Shown here: piece by piece, positions 37,926 through 46,413 of the stretch
How positions within the stretch are numbered: the first letter of the stretch is position 1
Layout of the letters: the number at the start of each line of letters is the position of its first letter
Sequence record: SRR22947725_3046
Strand: one strand, 5' to 3'
Length of the DNA stretch: 49,623 bases
Notes under the pieces: generated by a model
What the model was told of the DNA's origin: nothing
What the model saw: only the letters and a program-made list of their open reading frames with translations
Databases searched by the model: none
Made by a program: the position numbers and the translations under genes

Positions 37926-38668
37926 AAGTATTATTGATTGGTGAGTTGTGTAACGACGAGTATGTTTATTGCAACGTCAATAGAGTGAGTCCAGAAGCAC
38001 CGGTTCCTGTTGCTGACGTAAACTGGATTAACAAAATGGATGGTATGGCTGGTAATGTGGCCAACAACCTACGGGCCTTTGGTATCGATGTTCTTCACTA
38101 TCGTAACAGAGCTGACCAAGGTATAAGAAAAGTAAGGTACGTTGACATCAAAACCGGTCATCATCTACTTAGAGTAGACACGACGCATCCGAACATTACT
38201 CCCTTTGATGTAAAAAAAGTAAGTCATAATTTAGAACAGTTTGACGTAATTGTAGTTAGTGATTACAATAAAGGGTATGTTACTTACGAAGCAGTTCAGC
38301 AACTACGAACAATATTTAAAGGTCCTATCCTTATAGATAGTAAGAAGGATGATCTTGGTCAGTTTGAGGGGTGTATTGTCAAGATTAACGAGGATGAGTA
38401 CAACAAAGCCAAATCGTTACCTCGTTCCGTAATCGTAACACTTGGTAGCAAAGGTGCAAGGTACAACGATCAGGTGTTCTCATCTCCACCAGTTGAAATG
38501 TTTGACGTATGTGGTGCAGGTGATACTTTCCTTGCTGGTCTCACATATAAAATACTTCAAGGTGAATCTATAGGTCCTTGTATTGAATATGCAAACAAAT
38601 GTGCAGGCATTGCTGTACAGCATAGAGGCACGTACACATTACGTAAAACAGATATTGAATCGCTATGA
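37922..38668 (+). CDS. heptose-7-phosphate kinase (HldE/RfaE kinase domain, PfkB family)
   Basis: R.SPEAPVPV, G.A.NVA.N, SDY.KG, DVCGAGDTF anion hole. Confidence 0.88.
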   Translation: MKVLLIGELCNDEYVYCNVNRVSPEAPVPVADVNWINKMDGMAGNVANNLRAFGIDVLHYRNRADQGIRKVRYVDIKTGHHLLRVDTTHPNITPFDVKKVSHNLEQFDVIVVSDYNKGYVTYEAVQQLRTIFKGPILIDSKKDDLGQFEGCIVKINEDEYNKAKSLPRSVIVTLGSKGARYNDQVFSSPPVEMFDVCGAGDTFLAGLTYKILQGESIGPCIEYANKCAGIAVQHRGTYTLRKTDIESL

Positions 38669-39528
38669 AAATTCTTGTTACTGGTTACAAAGGTTTTATT
38701 GGTAGTCACGTCTACAAATATCTTGTCGAAGAAGGCCATGATGTAGCTGGTTATGATTGGGACGAGAGTTATGGTTGTTTACCGTACGTAAGAGATCTAG
38801 ATTGGGTAATACATCTCGGTGCAATCAGCAGCACTACAGAGAAAGATGTATCAAAGGTATTTGCTCACAACTACGACTTCTCAATTAAACTGTATAACGA
38901 ATGCTGCGCGTACGGTGTTAGTATGCAGTACGCTTCCAGTGCAAGCGTGTACGGTGACTTGAAGTCTTTCTCAGAAGAAAGCGACTGCAGACCAATGAAC
39001 GCATATGCTTGGTCTAAGTATATGTTTGATCGATATGTAAACAACATCGATGTGTGCCGTAATATAACTTGCCAGGGTTTCAGATACTTTAACGTATACG
39101 GTACTAACGAAGAACACAAAGGTGATCAAGCATCTGTGTTTACTAAATTCAAGAACCAGGCTGTTCAAGACGGTAAGATTAAATTATTTGAAAACAGTGA
39201 AAACTACAAGCGTGACTTTGTTTGTGTAGATGACATTGTACAGGTGCACAAGCAGATGCTTTGGAAAAAAGACCGAGGTGTGTTTAATGTCGGTAGTGGT
39301 ACAGCGACTAGTTTTCAGAAGGTAGCTGATCTTTGTAGTAAGCGACTTGGTGTGCCTATTGAATACATTCCAATGCCCGACAATTTAAAGAACCAATATC
39401 AAGAATACACAAAAGCAGACATTAGCAAACTAAATATTATAATCGATATTAATTGGACTACTCCTAAGCAGTGGATAGATGCTAACTTAGATGCAGTTGA
39501 AGATATCAGACAATCAGCTCTTACCTAA
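38665..39528 (+). CDS. hldD: ADP-L-glycero-D-manno-heptose 6-epimerase
   Basis: GYKGFIGS, HLGAISSTTE, YASSASVYG, YAWSK, RYFNVYG..E.HKG, YQ.YT.AD. Confidence 0.9.
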   Translation: MKILVTGYKGFIGSHVYKYLVEEGHDVAGYDWDESYGCLPYVRDLDWVIHLGAISSTTEKDVSKVFAHNYDFSIKLYNECCAYGVSMQYASSASVYGDLKSFSEESDCRPMNAYAWSKYMFDRYVNNIDVCRNITCQGFRYFNVYGTNEEHKGDQASVFTKFKNQAVQDGKIKLFENSENYKRDFVCVDDIVQVHKQMLWKKDRGVFNVGSGTATSFQKVADLCSKRLGVPIEYIPMPDNLKNQYQEYTKADISKLNIIIDINWTTPKQWIDANLDAVEDIRQSALT

Positions 39529-40132
39529 TCCTACAATCACTAAGCCGGTTGATTGTGAGCTGCTGTTGCAAGCGGATCACAGATACTTCGATAAAGATGG
39601 TTACGAATTAAACTACCAAGAAAGACTGTTTCATAAAAACAGCGGTGTCGTGATCGACGAAGGCCATTTGTTCCATACTGCTAACCATGTGACGTGGTTC
39701 TATGACAAAGAAGAGAGTCAGAATCAACTCGTCCTTGATCACAGCACGCTTAACATGAGATGGAACTATACAGGCGCTGCTCGTGAACAAATCAAAGAGC
39801 TTGCTGTGCACAAGCCATCTTTAAACAAACTTCTTGGCGTTGTGCAAAAATGGGGTATTGACTTTAGTCTTGACTATGTGTATACTGGGCACTGTTTGGA
39901 AGTGTTCCACATAGAAGCGGATTATTTGAATTACCATGAAGCCATGGTAGATAAAGAGAAAGCCGAGAAGCTAATCAAGAACACCGATTGGTATGACGGT
40001 GCTTATTGTTTGCTTCGTGATGCAGACAAGTGGTCACATTTAAACAGCGACGACCAAGCAGACTACAAGTCTAAGTATTTTGGTTGGAAGCGTGCGTTTG
40101 ATAATAGAAAGGTTTTTAGTTTTGCGACTTGA
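39491..40132 (+). CDS. hypothetical protein
   Basis: 213-aa ORF in the operon; no recognised motif. Confidence 0.65.
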   Translation: MQLKISDNQLLPNPTITKPVDCELLLQADHRYFDKDGYELNYQERLFHKNSGVVIDEGHLFHTANHVTWFYDKEESQNQLVLDHSTLNMRWNYTGAAREQIKELAVHKPSLNKLLGVVQKWGIDFSLDYVYTGHCLEVFHIEADYLNYHEAMVDKEKAEKLIKNTDWYDGAYCLLRDADKWSHLNSDDQADYKSKYFGWKRAFDNRKVFSFAT

Positions 40133-40505
40133 AGGTTTAGTTAAAAAGGGTTGGGGGCACGAGTACATATTTGCTACAAACGACAAGTATTGTGGCAAGC
40201 TACTTAAATTCAATACTGGGTCAAAGTTCTCTATGCACTTCCATGATGAGAAGGACGAGACTTGGTTTGTAATGGAAGGTAAGTTTTTAGTTAGGTACAT
40301 TAACACTCTAAACGCAGATCTCAACGAGATCATCTTGAATCCTGGTGATACATGGCGCAATGAGCCACTTGAACCTCATCAGATCATTTGTTTAGAGGAA
40401 GGTACTATTATTGAAGTGTCTACCCCAGATAGTGTCGAGGATAACTATAGGGTTTGGCCTGGCGATAGCCAGAATGGAGATAGTGATGAAAAAGAGAAGT
40501 TATGA
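40122..40505 (+). CDS. cupin, sugar-isomerase-like
   Basis: KGWG.E, S.HFH..KDETW, H, EVST.D..EDNYR..PGDSQ. Confidence 0.8.
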   Translation: MRLEGLVKKGWGHEYIFATNDKYCGKLLKFNTGSKFSMHFHDEKDETWFVMEGKFLVRYINTLNADLNEIILNPGDTWRNEPLEPHQIICLEEGTIIEVSTPDSVEDNYRVWPGDSQNGDSDEKEKL

Positions 40506-41712
40506 CCAATCCGTAGTTGATCAGCTCAAGGGAAGCGTCCATATTGAACATACTTTGGCTAAGCGAGGTGCGCTTCAGCTACGCAAGTTGTTTTCTGAGA
40601 ACCCATACATAAACACTTTCGGTGCCTATAATGGGCAACAGGCGGTGCAGCATGTCAAAGCCGGTCTCAAAGCAATCTACGTTAGTGGGTGGCAAGTCGC
40701 AGCAGCAGCGAACTCAACGGATGAAACTTATCCTGACCAGAGTTTGTATGCTGTTAACTCTGTTCCTAATGTCGTTCGTAATATCAATAATAGTTTTCGT
40801 CGACAAGATCAAATCTCTGTTTCAGAAGGTGGAGACGGGTTTCCATTCGTGCCTATCGTCGCTGATGCAGAAGCGGGCTTTGGAGGCGCACTCAACTCTT
40901 ATGAGCTTGCAAGGAACCTTATCGAAGCCGGAGCAGCAGCGGTACATTTCGAAGATCAGCTCGCGTCTGAAAAGAAGTGCGGACATCTGGGCGGAAAAGT
41001 ACTTATACCTACTAGTCAGGCTATTCGCAATCTTAATGCTGCTCGCCTCGCTGCAGACGTGGCCGGGATCGACACCCTGGTCATTGCCCGTACAGACGCT
41101 GAGTCAGCAAGACTTCTAACAACCGATATTGATGAAATCGATAGTAAGTTTATCAAGAACGGTAAGCGCGTTTACGATAAACATGCTCGTACACCAGAAG
41201 GATACTATGAGATCGAAGGTGGTCTTGAGATGGGTTGTGAGAGGGGACAGGCTTATGCTGAGTATGCTGACCTTGTGTGGTGTGAGACTTCCAAACCTTG
41301 TCTAGTTGAAGCAAAACGATTTGCAGATGCTGTCAAAGGAGCAGTGCCCGATGCAATGTTGGCGTACAACTGCTCACCTTCTTTCAACTGGCGTCAGTCT
41401 ATCCCAAGCGATCAAGAGCTACAAGACTTCCAGTGGAAGCTTGGTAAGATGGGCTTTAAGTTTCAATTCATTACACTAGCAGGGTTCCACGCCACTAACT
41501 ATGCGGTGTTTGACTTTGCTCGCAAGTATAAGAAGGATGGGATGTTTGCATACTCTCGATTGCAGGAGATGGAGTTTGCAGCTCAGTCAGACGGATACAC
41601 TAGTGCCAAGCATCAACGTGAAGTTGGTGTTGGATACTTCGATATTATAACTAATGCATTGGGGGCCTCTACTGCCGGGTTGGCAGAATCAACAGAGACG
41701 GAGCAGTTTTAA
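40486..41712 (+). CDS. aceA: isocitrate lyase
   Basis: YVSGWQVA, YPDQSLY, PIVADAEAGFGG, HFEDQ, catalytic KKCGHLGGK, ARTDA, YNCSPSFNW, FITLAGFH, HQREVG.GYFD. Confidence 0.97.
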   Translation: MKKRSYDQSVVDQLKGSVHIEHTLAKRGALQLRKLFSENPYINTFGAYNGQQAVQHVKAGLKAIYVSGWQVAAAANSTDETYPDQSLYAVNSVPNVVRNINNSFRRQDQISVSEGGDGFPFVPIVADAEAGFGGALNSYELARNLIEAGAAAVHFEDQLASEKKCGHLGGKVLIPTSQAIRNLNAARLAADVAGIDTLVIARTDAESARLLTTDIDEIDSKFIKNGKRVYDKHARTPEGYYEIEGGLEMGCERGQAYAEYADLVWCETSKPCLVEAKRFADAVKGAVPDAMLAYNCSPSFNWRQSIPSDQELQDFQWKLGKMGFKFQFITLAGFHATNYAVFDFARKYKKDGMFAYSRLQEMEFAAQSDGYTSAKHQREVGVGYFDIITNALGASTAGLAESTETEQF

Positions 41713-41819
41713 TGAAACCTACACCACTTGTAAGTGATCTTGTATTTTTCTGTTCAGTAATTGCTATCGTCTGTATTGCATGGAGTTTGTAAGTGTGTGT
41801 GGGACTTGGAGAAAGAAGG

Positions 41820-42032
41820 ATGAAAGAGAAGTTACTTAAAGCAGTCAAAACCAAACATAAGGCTGTAATGGAAGAGGCGCTTGTTAATATCGAAGTGTAT
41901 GAAAACAGTGTAGGTATTGGGGAACACCCAGATATCGTAAGTGCTGTAGAGGAACAAGTTGACAAGTATGTCCATGCTCATGAAATGGTGGAGGGAGTCG
42001 ACAAGATACTTCACTCTTTAAGCTATGAGTAG
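41820..42032 (+). CDS. conserved small hypothetical protein
   Basis: N..VY....VGIGEHPDI pattern; AAGGA RBS. Confidence 0.6.
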   Translation: MKEKLLKAVKTKHKAVMEEALVNIEVYENSVGIGEHPDIVSAVEEQVDKYVHAHEMVEGVDKILHSLSYE

Positions 42033-42075
42033 TAATTATATTATGAGGAGCTCCTTATCGCGAAAGGAAGTTAAC

Positions 42076-42360
42076 ATGAGCGCAATCTTTGATCTAGAAC
42101 AACAAATGCTTGAGTTTGCTAATGTCACCTCTGACATTGAGATGGTGAACAGGCATTTCACTGAATATGAAAAATGGGAAAACATGGATGGTGAATTATG
42201 TGATGCCATTCTCAATAAGTACGGTGCAATACAGGAACTGTACGAGATTAAGTTTCAGAACATGTGGGACACATTCGAAACAGTGTGTAAAGAATATCAT
42301 GCAGCAAGGAAGGATAAAGAACAGCGGGAACGAGATACCTCTCTGGACGATATCGGATGA
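42076..42360 (+). CDS. hypothetical protein
   Basis: IFDLEQ, LYE.KF...W..FE pattern; AAGGA RBS. Confidence 0.6.
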   Translation: MSAIFDLEQQMLEFANVTSDIEMVNRHFTEYEKWENMDGELCDAILNKYGAIQELYEIKFQNMWDTFETVCKEYHAARKDKEQRERDTSLDDIG

Positions 42361-42923
42361 GAGATTGGTTCGCAAAATCCATGACTAAGTTCTTTCGGTT
42401 CTTTGCTGATACGTTTTTTGCTAAACGGTATGGCCACCGAGCGGTTGTGCTTGAGACAGTTGCTGGTGTACCTGGTATGGTAGCAGGGATGTTGATTCAT
42501 CTTCGTAGTCTTCGTAAGATGGAGCGTGGTAATGGTACGATGATTCACGAGATGCTTAAAGAGGCAGAGAACGAACGTAAGCATTTAATGTTCTTTATTG
42601 AGATTGCACAGCCCAACCAGTTTGAAAGATTCCTTATTGTGATGGCACAATTTATCTTTTGGCACTTCTATTTGGTGTTCTATATCCTAGCACCAAAGAC
42701 TGCTCACAAGATGATTGCATACTTTGAGGAAGAAGCTGTGCGCTCATATACCGAGTATCTTGAGTTAATTGAATCGGGTCAGATAGAGAATGTACCTGCT
42801 CCTCAGCTTGCTATTGAGTATTATGGTTTACTTGAAGACGCCAAGCTGTCTGATATGGTAAAGTATGTGCGAGCAGACGAAGCCAATCACAGCAAAGTTA
42901 ATCATCGTATAGCAGGCTTCTGA
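42357..42923 (+). CDS. aox: alternative oxidase (di-iron ubiquinol oxidase)
   Basis: RYGHRAVVLETVAGVPGMV, EAENERKH, YFEEEA...Y, RADEANH di-iron ligands. Confidence 0.93.
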   Translation: MRDWFAKSMTKFFRFFADTFFAKRYGHRAVVLETVAGVPGMVAGMLIHLRSLRKMERGNGTMIHEMLKEAENERKHLMFFIEIAQPNQFERFLIVMAQFIFWHFYLVFYILAPKTAHKMIAYFEEEAVRSYTEYLELIESGQIENVPAPQLAIEYYGLLEDAKLSDMVKYVRADEANHSKVNHRIAGF

Positions 42924-43042
42924 TGGACTGGGGTCTTATAGGTATATTTTGTATAATGATGCTACCTCTCGTTGCAGGTGGCCTTACTTTTATTCTTTCT
43001 GGTATGAGTATTGAGGAGTCACGTAAGCGTGAGTCTTCCTAA
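42923..43042 (+). CDS. small single-TM protein (39 aa)
   Basis: MDWGLIGIFCIMMLPLVAGGLTFILSGMSIEESRKRESS*; coupled to the aox stop. Confidence 0.45.
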   Translation: MDWGLIGIFCIMMLPLVAGGLTFILSGMSIEESRKRESS

Positions 43043-43622
43043 GGTATTTTTCATTGGTTTTAATAAAACTGCCACGACTTCCTTTGACTATTTGTTTAAG
43101 CATAGCGGGTATCGTACGTACCACAGTCTTGACAGTAAAGGTTTCTCCTTGGCTGCAACCATGCATTCCAACTATAAAAATGGTAAGCGAATGCTTGTAG
43201 GCATTGACGACGCTGACTGCTATAGCGATCTGACTTTTAGTAGCTACCAACGTTACATAGAGGCTAACGAGTACTTTAAAGAGCTTGATAATGAATATCC
43301 TAATAGCTACTTTATACTTCAAGCTAGAAATATGGACGATTGGATTGAAAGCAGGCTTAACCACTCCGATAAAGATTCGTTTTTAGAAAGATGCATAACC
43401 GTACTTCATTGCAACAAGCAAGATGTTATTAGGCGGTGGAAGGATTTGAAGATAGCTCATTTTTCAAACGTACGTAGGTACTTTCAAGATCATACTCAGT
43501 TTTTAGAGTTTAACATAGACATTGATGATATTTCCAAACTTATAGATCATGTTAGCCCTCACTATGTGTTAAATGCCGGTCATTGGAAGCGTCTCAACGT
43601 AACAAGAGAACAACAAATATAA
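43029..43622 (+). CDS. sulfotransferase family protein
   Basis: KVFFIGFNKTATTS PAPS loop, YP.S.FIL..R...W..S. Confidence 0.8.
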   Translation: MSLPKVFFIGFNKTATTSFDYLFKHSGYRTYHSLDSKGFSLAATMHSNYKNGKRMLVGIDDADCYSDLTFSSYQRYIEANEYFKELDNEYPNSYFILQARNMDDWIESRLNHSDKDSFLERCITVLHCNKQDVIRRWKDLKIAHFSNVRRYFQDHTQFLEFNIDIDDISKLIDHVSPHYVLNAGHWKRLNVTREQQI

Positions 43623-44353
43623 AAAGTGATATTCAAAATATAAACGGTTGGCAGCTGCTTTCTATAGAGAGAGACAGGACTATGCTAAACTATGCTAACG
43701 ATAACCATCTTAAAAGCAATCCCGTTGCATGGCATGCCAACCTAATTCAAGATATTAACGATTTGTACTTGGCTAAAGACTGTACAAAGCAGGTAGCCAT
43801 AGACATAGGTGCATCGTACGGATGGATGTCAGTTCCTATGTCTAGTGTTTTTAAACACGTATATTCATTTGAAATAATTCCTACTATTCGTGATTGTCTT
43901 AAATTAAACACCGCTAGTTTGTCTAATGTTCATGTTATGGACAGCGGCCTTAGCTCCATTTCTGGGTCGGTTCCGTTTAAAGTGCTACCTAATTCTGGGG
44001 TTAGTCGTGTTTGCCACGTCTCCGACAGTAATTCTGTTTTGCAGGTTAAACGTCTAGACGATTTTCAGTTTGATCATGTTGACTTGATAAAAATTGACGT
44101 AGAAGATCACGAAATGGACGTGTTGATTGGAGCTAAGGATACGCTTACTAATAATACCCCCCTACTTGTAGTAGAGTGTAACTATGTTGAACGTCTCCGA
44201 CATCATTTGATAAAACGCCAAGAAATTATATCATACCTATTATCATTAAAGTATTCACTAATCGACTTCAGAGGCCACGATTTAATCTTTACTAAAAAGA
44301 ACACCAATATCCAATCGTACCTAGATAAATTTAAGACAACAAAAAGCCGTTGA
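43583..44353 (+). CDS. FkbM-family methyltransferase
   Basis: AIDIGA..G, V.SFE, VDLIKIDVE.HE..VL.GA, P....E; start uncertain. Confidence 0.85.
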   Translation: MEASQRNKRTTNIKSDIQNINGWQLLSIERDRTMLNYANDNHLKSNPVAWHANLIQDINDLYLAKDCTKQVAIDIGASYGWMSVPMSSVFKHVYSFEIIPTIRDCLKLNTASLSNVHVMDSGLSSISGSVPFKVLPNSGVSRVCHVSDSNSVLQVKRLDDFQFDHVDLIKIDVEDHEMDVLIGAKDTLTNNTPLLVVECNYVERLRHHLIKRQEIISYLLSLKYSLIDFRGHDLIFTKKNTNIQSYLDKFKTTKSR

Positions 44354-44378
44354 CTATTCTGCCCGCTGCCCTGATAAT
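44350..44378 (+). promoter_or_regulatory. sigma70-type early promoter
   Basis: TTGACT-17 nt-GATAAT; shares CCTGATAATGT with the promoter at 44853. Confidence 0.75.
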
Positions 44379-44433
44379 GTACGTCATGAATGGGCACACC
44401 CTGTTCATGTTTTTTTGTTTAGCTTAATAGGAA

Positions 44434-44694
44434 ATGATTATGTCTATTTTTGACAAAGTGTTTAACCTTTTGGTAGTTGAGGGCCGTGAGGCATCCGCAA
44501 AGCAAATGGCTAGCTGGTTCGGTACCACCACTGGTACTATCTCTGCTCGAGTCTCTGAGCTCCGCACTCAGGAAGGCTTCGCTATCTACGCTAACAAGCG
44601 TGTCGATAGCAAAGGACGTACTTCTACGTTCTATCGCGCTGGTAACCCCACTCGCGCCGTTGTAGCTGCTGGCTACCGAGCTCTTGCTGCGTAA
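44434..44694 (+). CDS. small winged-helix DNA-binding protein
   Basis: Q....FG.....ARVSELR..G..IYAN...YR.G.P.R.VVAAGY. Confidence 0.65.
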   Translation: MIMSIFDKVFNLLVVEGREASAKQMASWFGTTTGTISARVSELRTQEGFAIYANKRVDSKGRTSTFYRAGNPTRAVVAAGYRALAA

Positions 44695-44706
44695 GAGCCC
44701 CCCCTC

Positions 44707-44745
44707 AAGGCCGCAATCAGTGCGGCCTTACCCTTATTCCTTTTT
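44707..44745 (+). terminator. hairpin/terminator candidate
   Basis: AAGGCCGCA-ATCAG-TGCGGCCTT followed by T-rich sequence. Confidence 0.5.
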
Positions 44746-44797
44746 TGCCTTTTTGTAGCTTTTTTATATGCAAAATGGTTCTAAGAAAGATAGTCTC

Positions 44798-44848
44798 TAA
44801 CCCCTTGATTCTACTGGGAAATAAAACTCCTTTTAGATCAAGGGGTTA
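44798..44848. repeat. 12-bp perfect inverted repeat with a 27-nt spacer
   Basis: TAACCCCTTGAT (44798-44809) and ATCAAGGGGTTA (44837-44848). Confidence 0.85.
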
Positions 44849-44852
44849 CTGC

Positions 44853-44881
44853 TTGACAAATTCGTCCATATACCTGATAAT
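44853..44881 (+). promoter_or_regulatory. sigma70-type early promoter
   Basis: TTGACA-17 nt-GATAAT. Confidence 0.8.
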
Positions 44882-44916
44882 GTCCCCATTGAATGAGAGA
44901 TCGCCTGGAGGGCACT

Positions 44917-45264
44917 ATGGAACGACTGTTTGACTTCAAGAACACCTTTGACGATTCGCCTAAGAAAGTCGCTCGTCACTTCATGAAGAAGTACCGACCT
45001 CACCTGCTCAAAGCTAAGAAGAAGCCTTTGATGTCTGACGATGACTTTGCCAAGGTTGGTGACGAGATCATTAAGCAAGCCAAAGCTAAGGTTGCTAAGC
45101 CTGTCCACACCAATGCTATCAAGGCCCGTAAGAACAGCAAGCGTAACGCTGCTTTCGATATGTACCATGCTGGTGCTTCAGCTGCTGACGTTGCTAAGAC
45201 GTTGTGCATCACGTATGCCAATGCTCACTACTACAAGCGTGCATTCAAGAAGGAGTTCGGTTAA
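44917..45264 (+). CDS. early basic protein with a C-terminal HTH-like motif
   Basis: GGAGG RBS; AFDMY..G.S..DVA..L.ITYANA.YY. Confidence 0.6.
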   Translation: MERLFDFKNTFDDSPKKVARHFMKKYRPHLLKAKKKPLMSDDDFAKVGDEIIKQAKAKVAKPVHTNAIKARKNSKRNAAFDMYHAGASAADVAKTLCITYANAHYYKRAFKKEFG

Positions 45265-45656
45265 TGCCTAGGAAGTTGGATCCTGCTGTCCAGAAGGTGC
45301 TTGATAAGATGTTAGTCAAGCCAACTGCTACCTTTGACAACCACATGCTGGAATATGCTAAGGGTGTAGCTGACGGTTCTATCAAGGTTAAATACTTCAA
45401 GGCATGTGACATTCCTGAGAAGAAGCCTGTGCCCGAGGCATTCAAGGAGAAGGCTAAGGCAAAGACCAAGGCGAAGCAGAAGCGTTCAGGACGTAGACCT
45501 CCAGTATTCAGTCATGATGAGATTGTACCTACCATACATGGTGGTATCATTAGAGGGTACTCTAGGCAAGAAGTCATACAATGCCTAGTTGAGCAATTCA
45601 GAGTTTCAAAGCATAGTGCTGGTTACCACTATGATAAGTTCGTTGGGAAGCGATAA
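45264..45656 (+). CDS. early basic hypothetical protein
   Basis: Coupled ATG; Lys-rich; C-terminal G.SR.EVI..L...F..S..SA.Y.Y, HTH-like. Confidence 0.55.
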   Translation: MPRKLDPAVQKVLDKMLVKPTATFDNHMLEYAKGVADGSIKVKYFKACDIPEKKPVPEAFKEKAKAKTKAKQKRSGRRPPVFSHDEIVPTIHGGIIRGYSRQEVIQCLVEQFRVSKHSAGYHYDKFVGKR

Positions 45657-45666
45657 GGAGGTTAGG

Positions 45667-45915
45667 ATGAGTACTGTTGAACTGTACAGGCAAGCGTTGG
45701 AGAAGATTACCAGTACGATCGAACTGCGTCGCGAAGGTTACATTGAGGACTTTCGTGAGGCTGCTGAAACTGGTGATGGTTGGTTTACTAATCATGAGCA
45801 AGGCATACTTGATGCATATGATGAGGTTCAGATGTTGGTGGACTCAGTCAACTATGAGCTGAACCAGATGCTCGATGCTCATAACTCATACGCTGGCGCG
45901 GTGATGCAACCATGA
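45667..45915 (+). CDS. hypothetical protein
   Basis: AAGGAGG RBS. Confidence 0.6.
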   Translation: MSTVELYRQALEKITSTIELRREGYIEDFREAAETGDGWFTNHEQGILDAYDEVQMLVDSVNYELNQMLDAHNSYAGAVMQP

Positions 45916-46346
45916 GTTTCGATACGCTGCAAAAGAATCTACGAGCTGAAGGTTGGTTTGTTGAATGGAACATGCCTTGCTGCCAGACCTGTGCCTGGGC
46001 TGACGTTGATCATGACGATATGTCTCGTGTCCTTTTTAACCACACACAAGATTGTGAGAACGAAGAGGACTGGGAGTCTGAGGTTGAATGTACCGAGTGC
46101 TTTGGCCACATTAACCACGAAGAGGATGAAGAGGATTGTCCTGAGTGTGGCGGCTGGGGTTATGTTGACAACGAGGAATGTCCTCCTGTCATGACGCCTG
46201 AAGAAGCTGGTGTCAGTCTGTTTTGTTTCAACGGTGACAAGGAAGGTACCAAGAACCTAGTTGACATTCTTCCCTTGATAGAGGAGAGTGGATGTAACTG
46301 GTCTTGGGACAAGTCTGGTGGCACACGAATAGAGATTAGCTGGTAA
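45912..46346 (+). CDS. Cys-rich acidic hypothetical protein
   Basis: CCQTC plus a CxxC...CxxC zinc-finger-like insert. Confidence 0.6.
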   Translation: MSFDTLQKNLRAEGWFVEWNMPCCQTCAWADVDHDDMSRVLFNHTQDCENEEDWESEVECTECFGHINHEEDEEDCPECGGWGYVDNEECPPVMTPEEAGVSLFCFNGDKEGTKNLVDILPLIEESGCNWSWDKSGGTRIEISW

Positions 46347-46413
46347 TGTCTGTGTTATTGACTATTTTAGGTTTCGTAATTTTAGTTACTTGGTTAATAA
46401 TAAGGGACGAAGA

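Noticed and set aside
42357-42923. Cyanophage PTOX implying a cyanobacterial host
   Set aside because: LETVAGVPGMV and RADEA motifs are AOX-type rather than PTOX-type (ETIARVPYF); ICL and the absence of photosynthesis genes in the window also argue for a heterotroph
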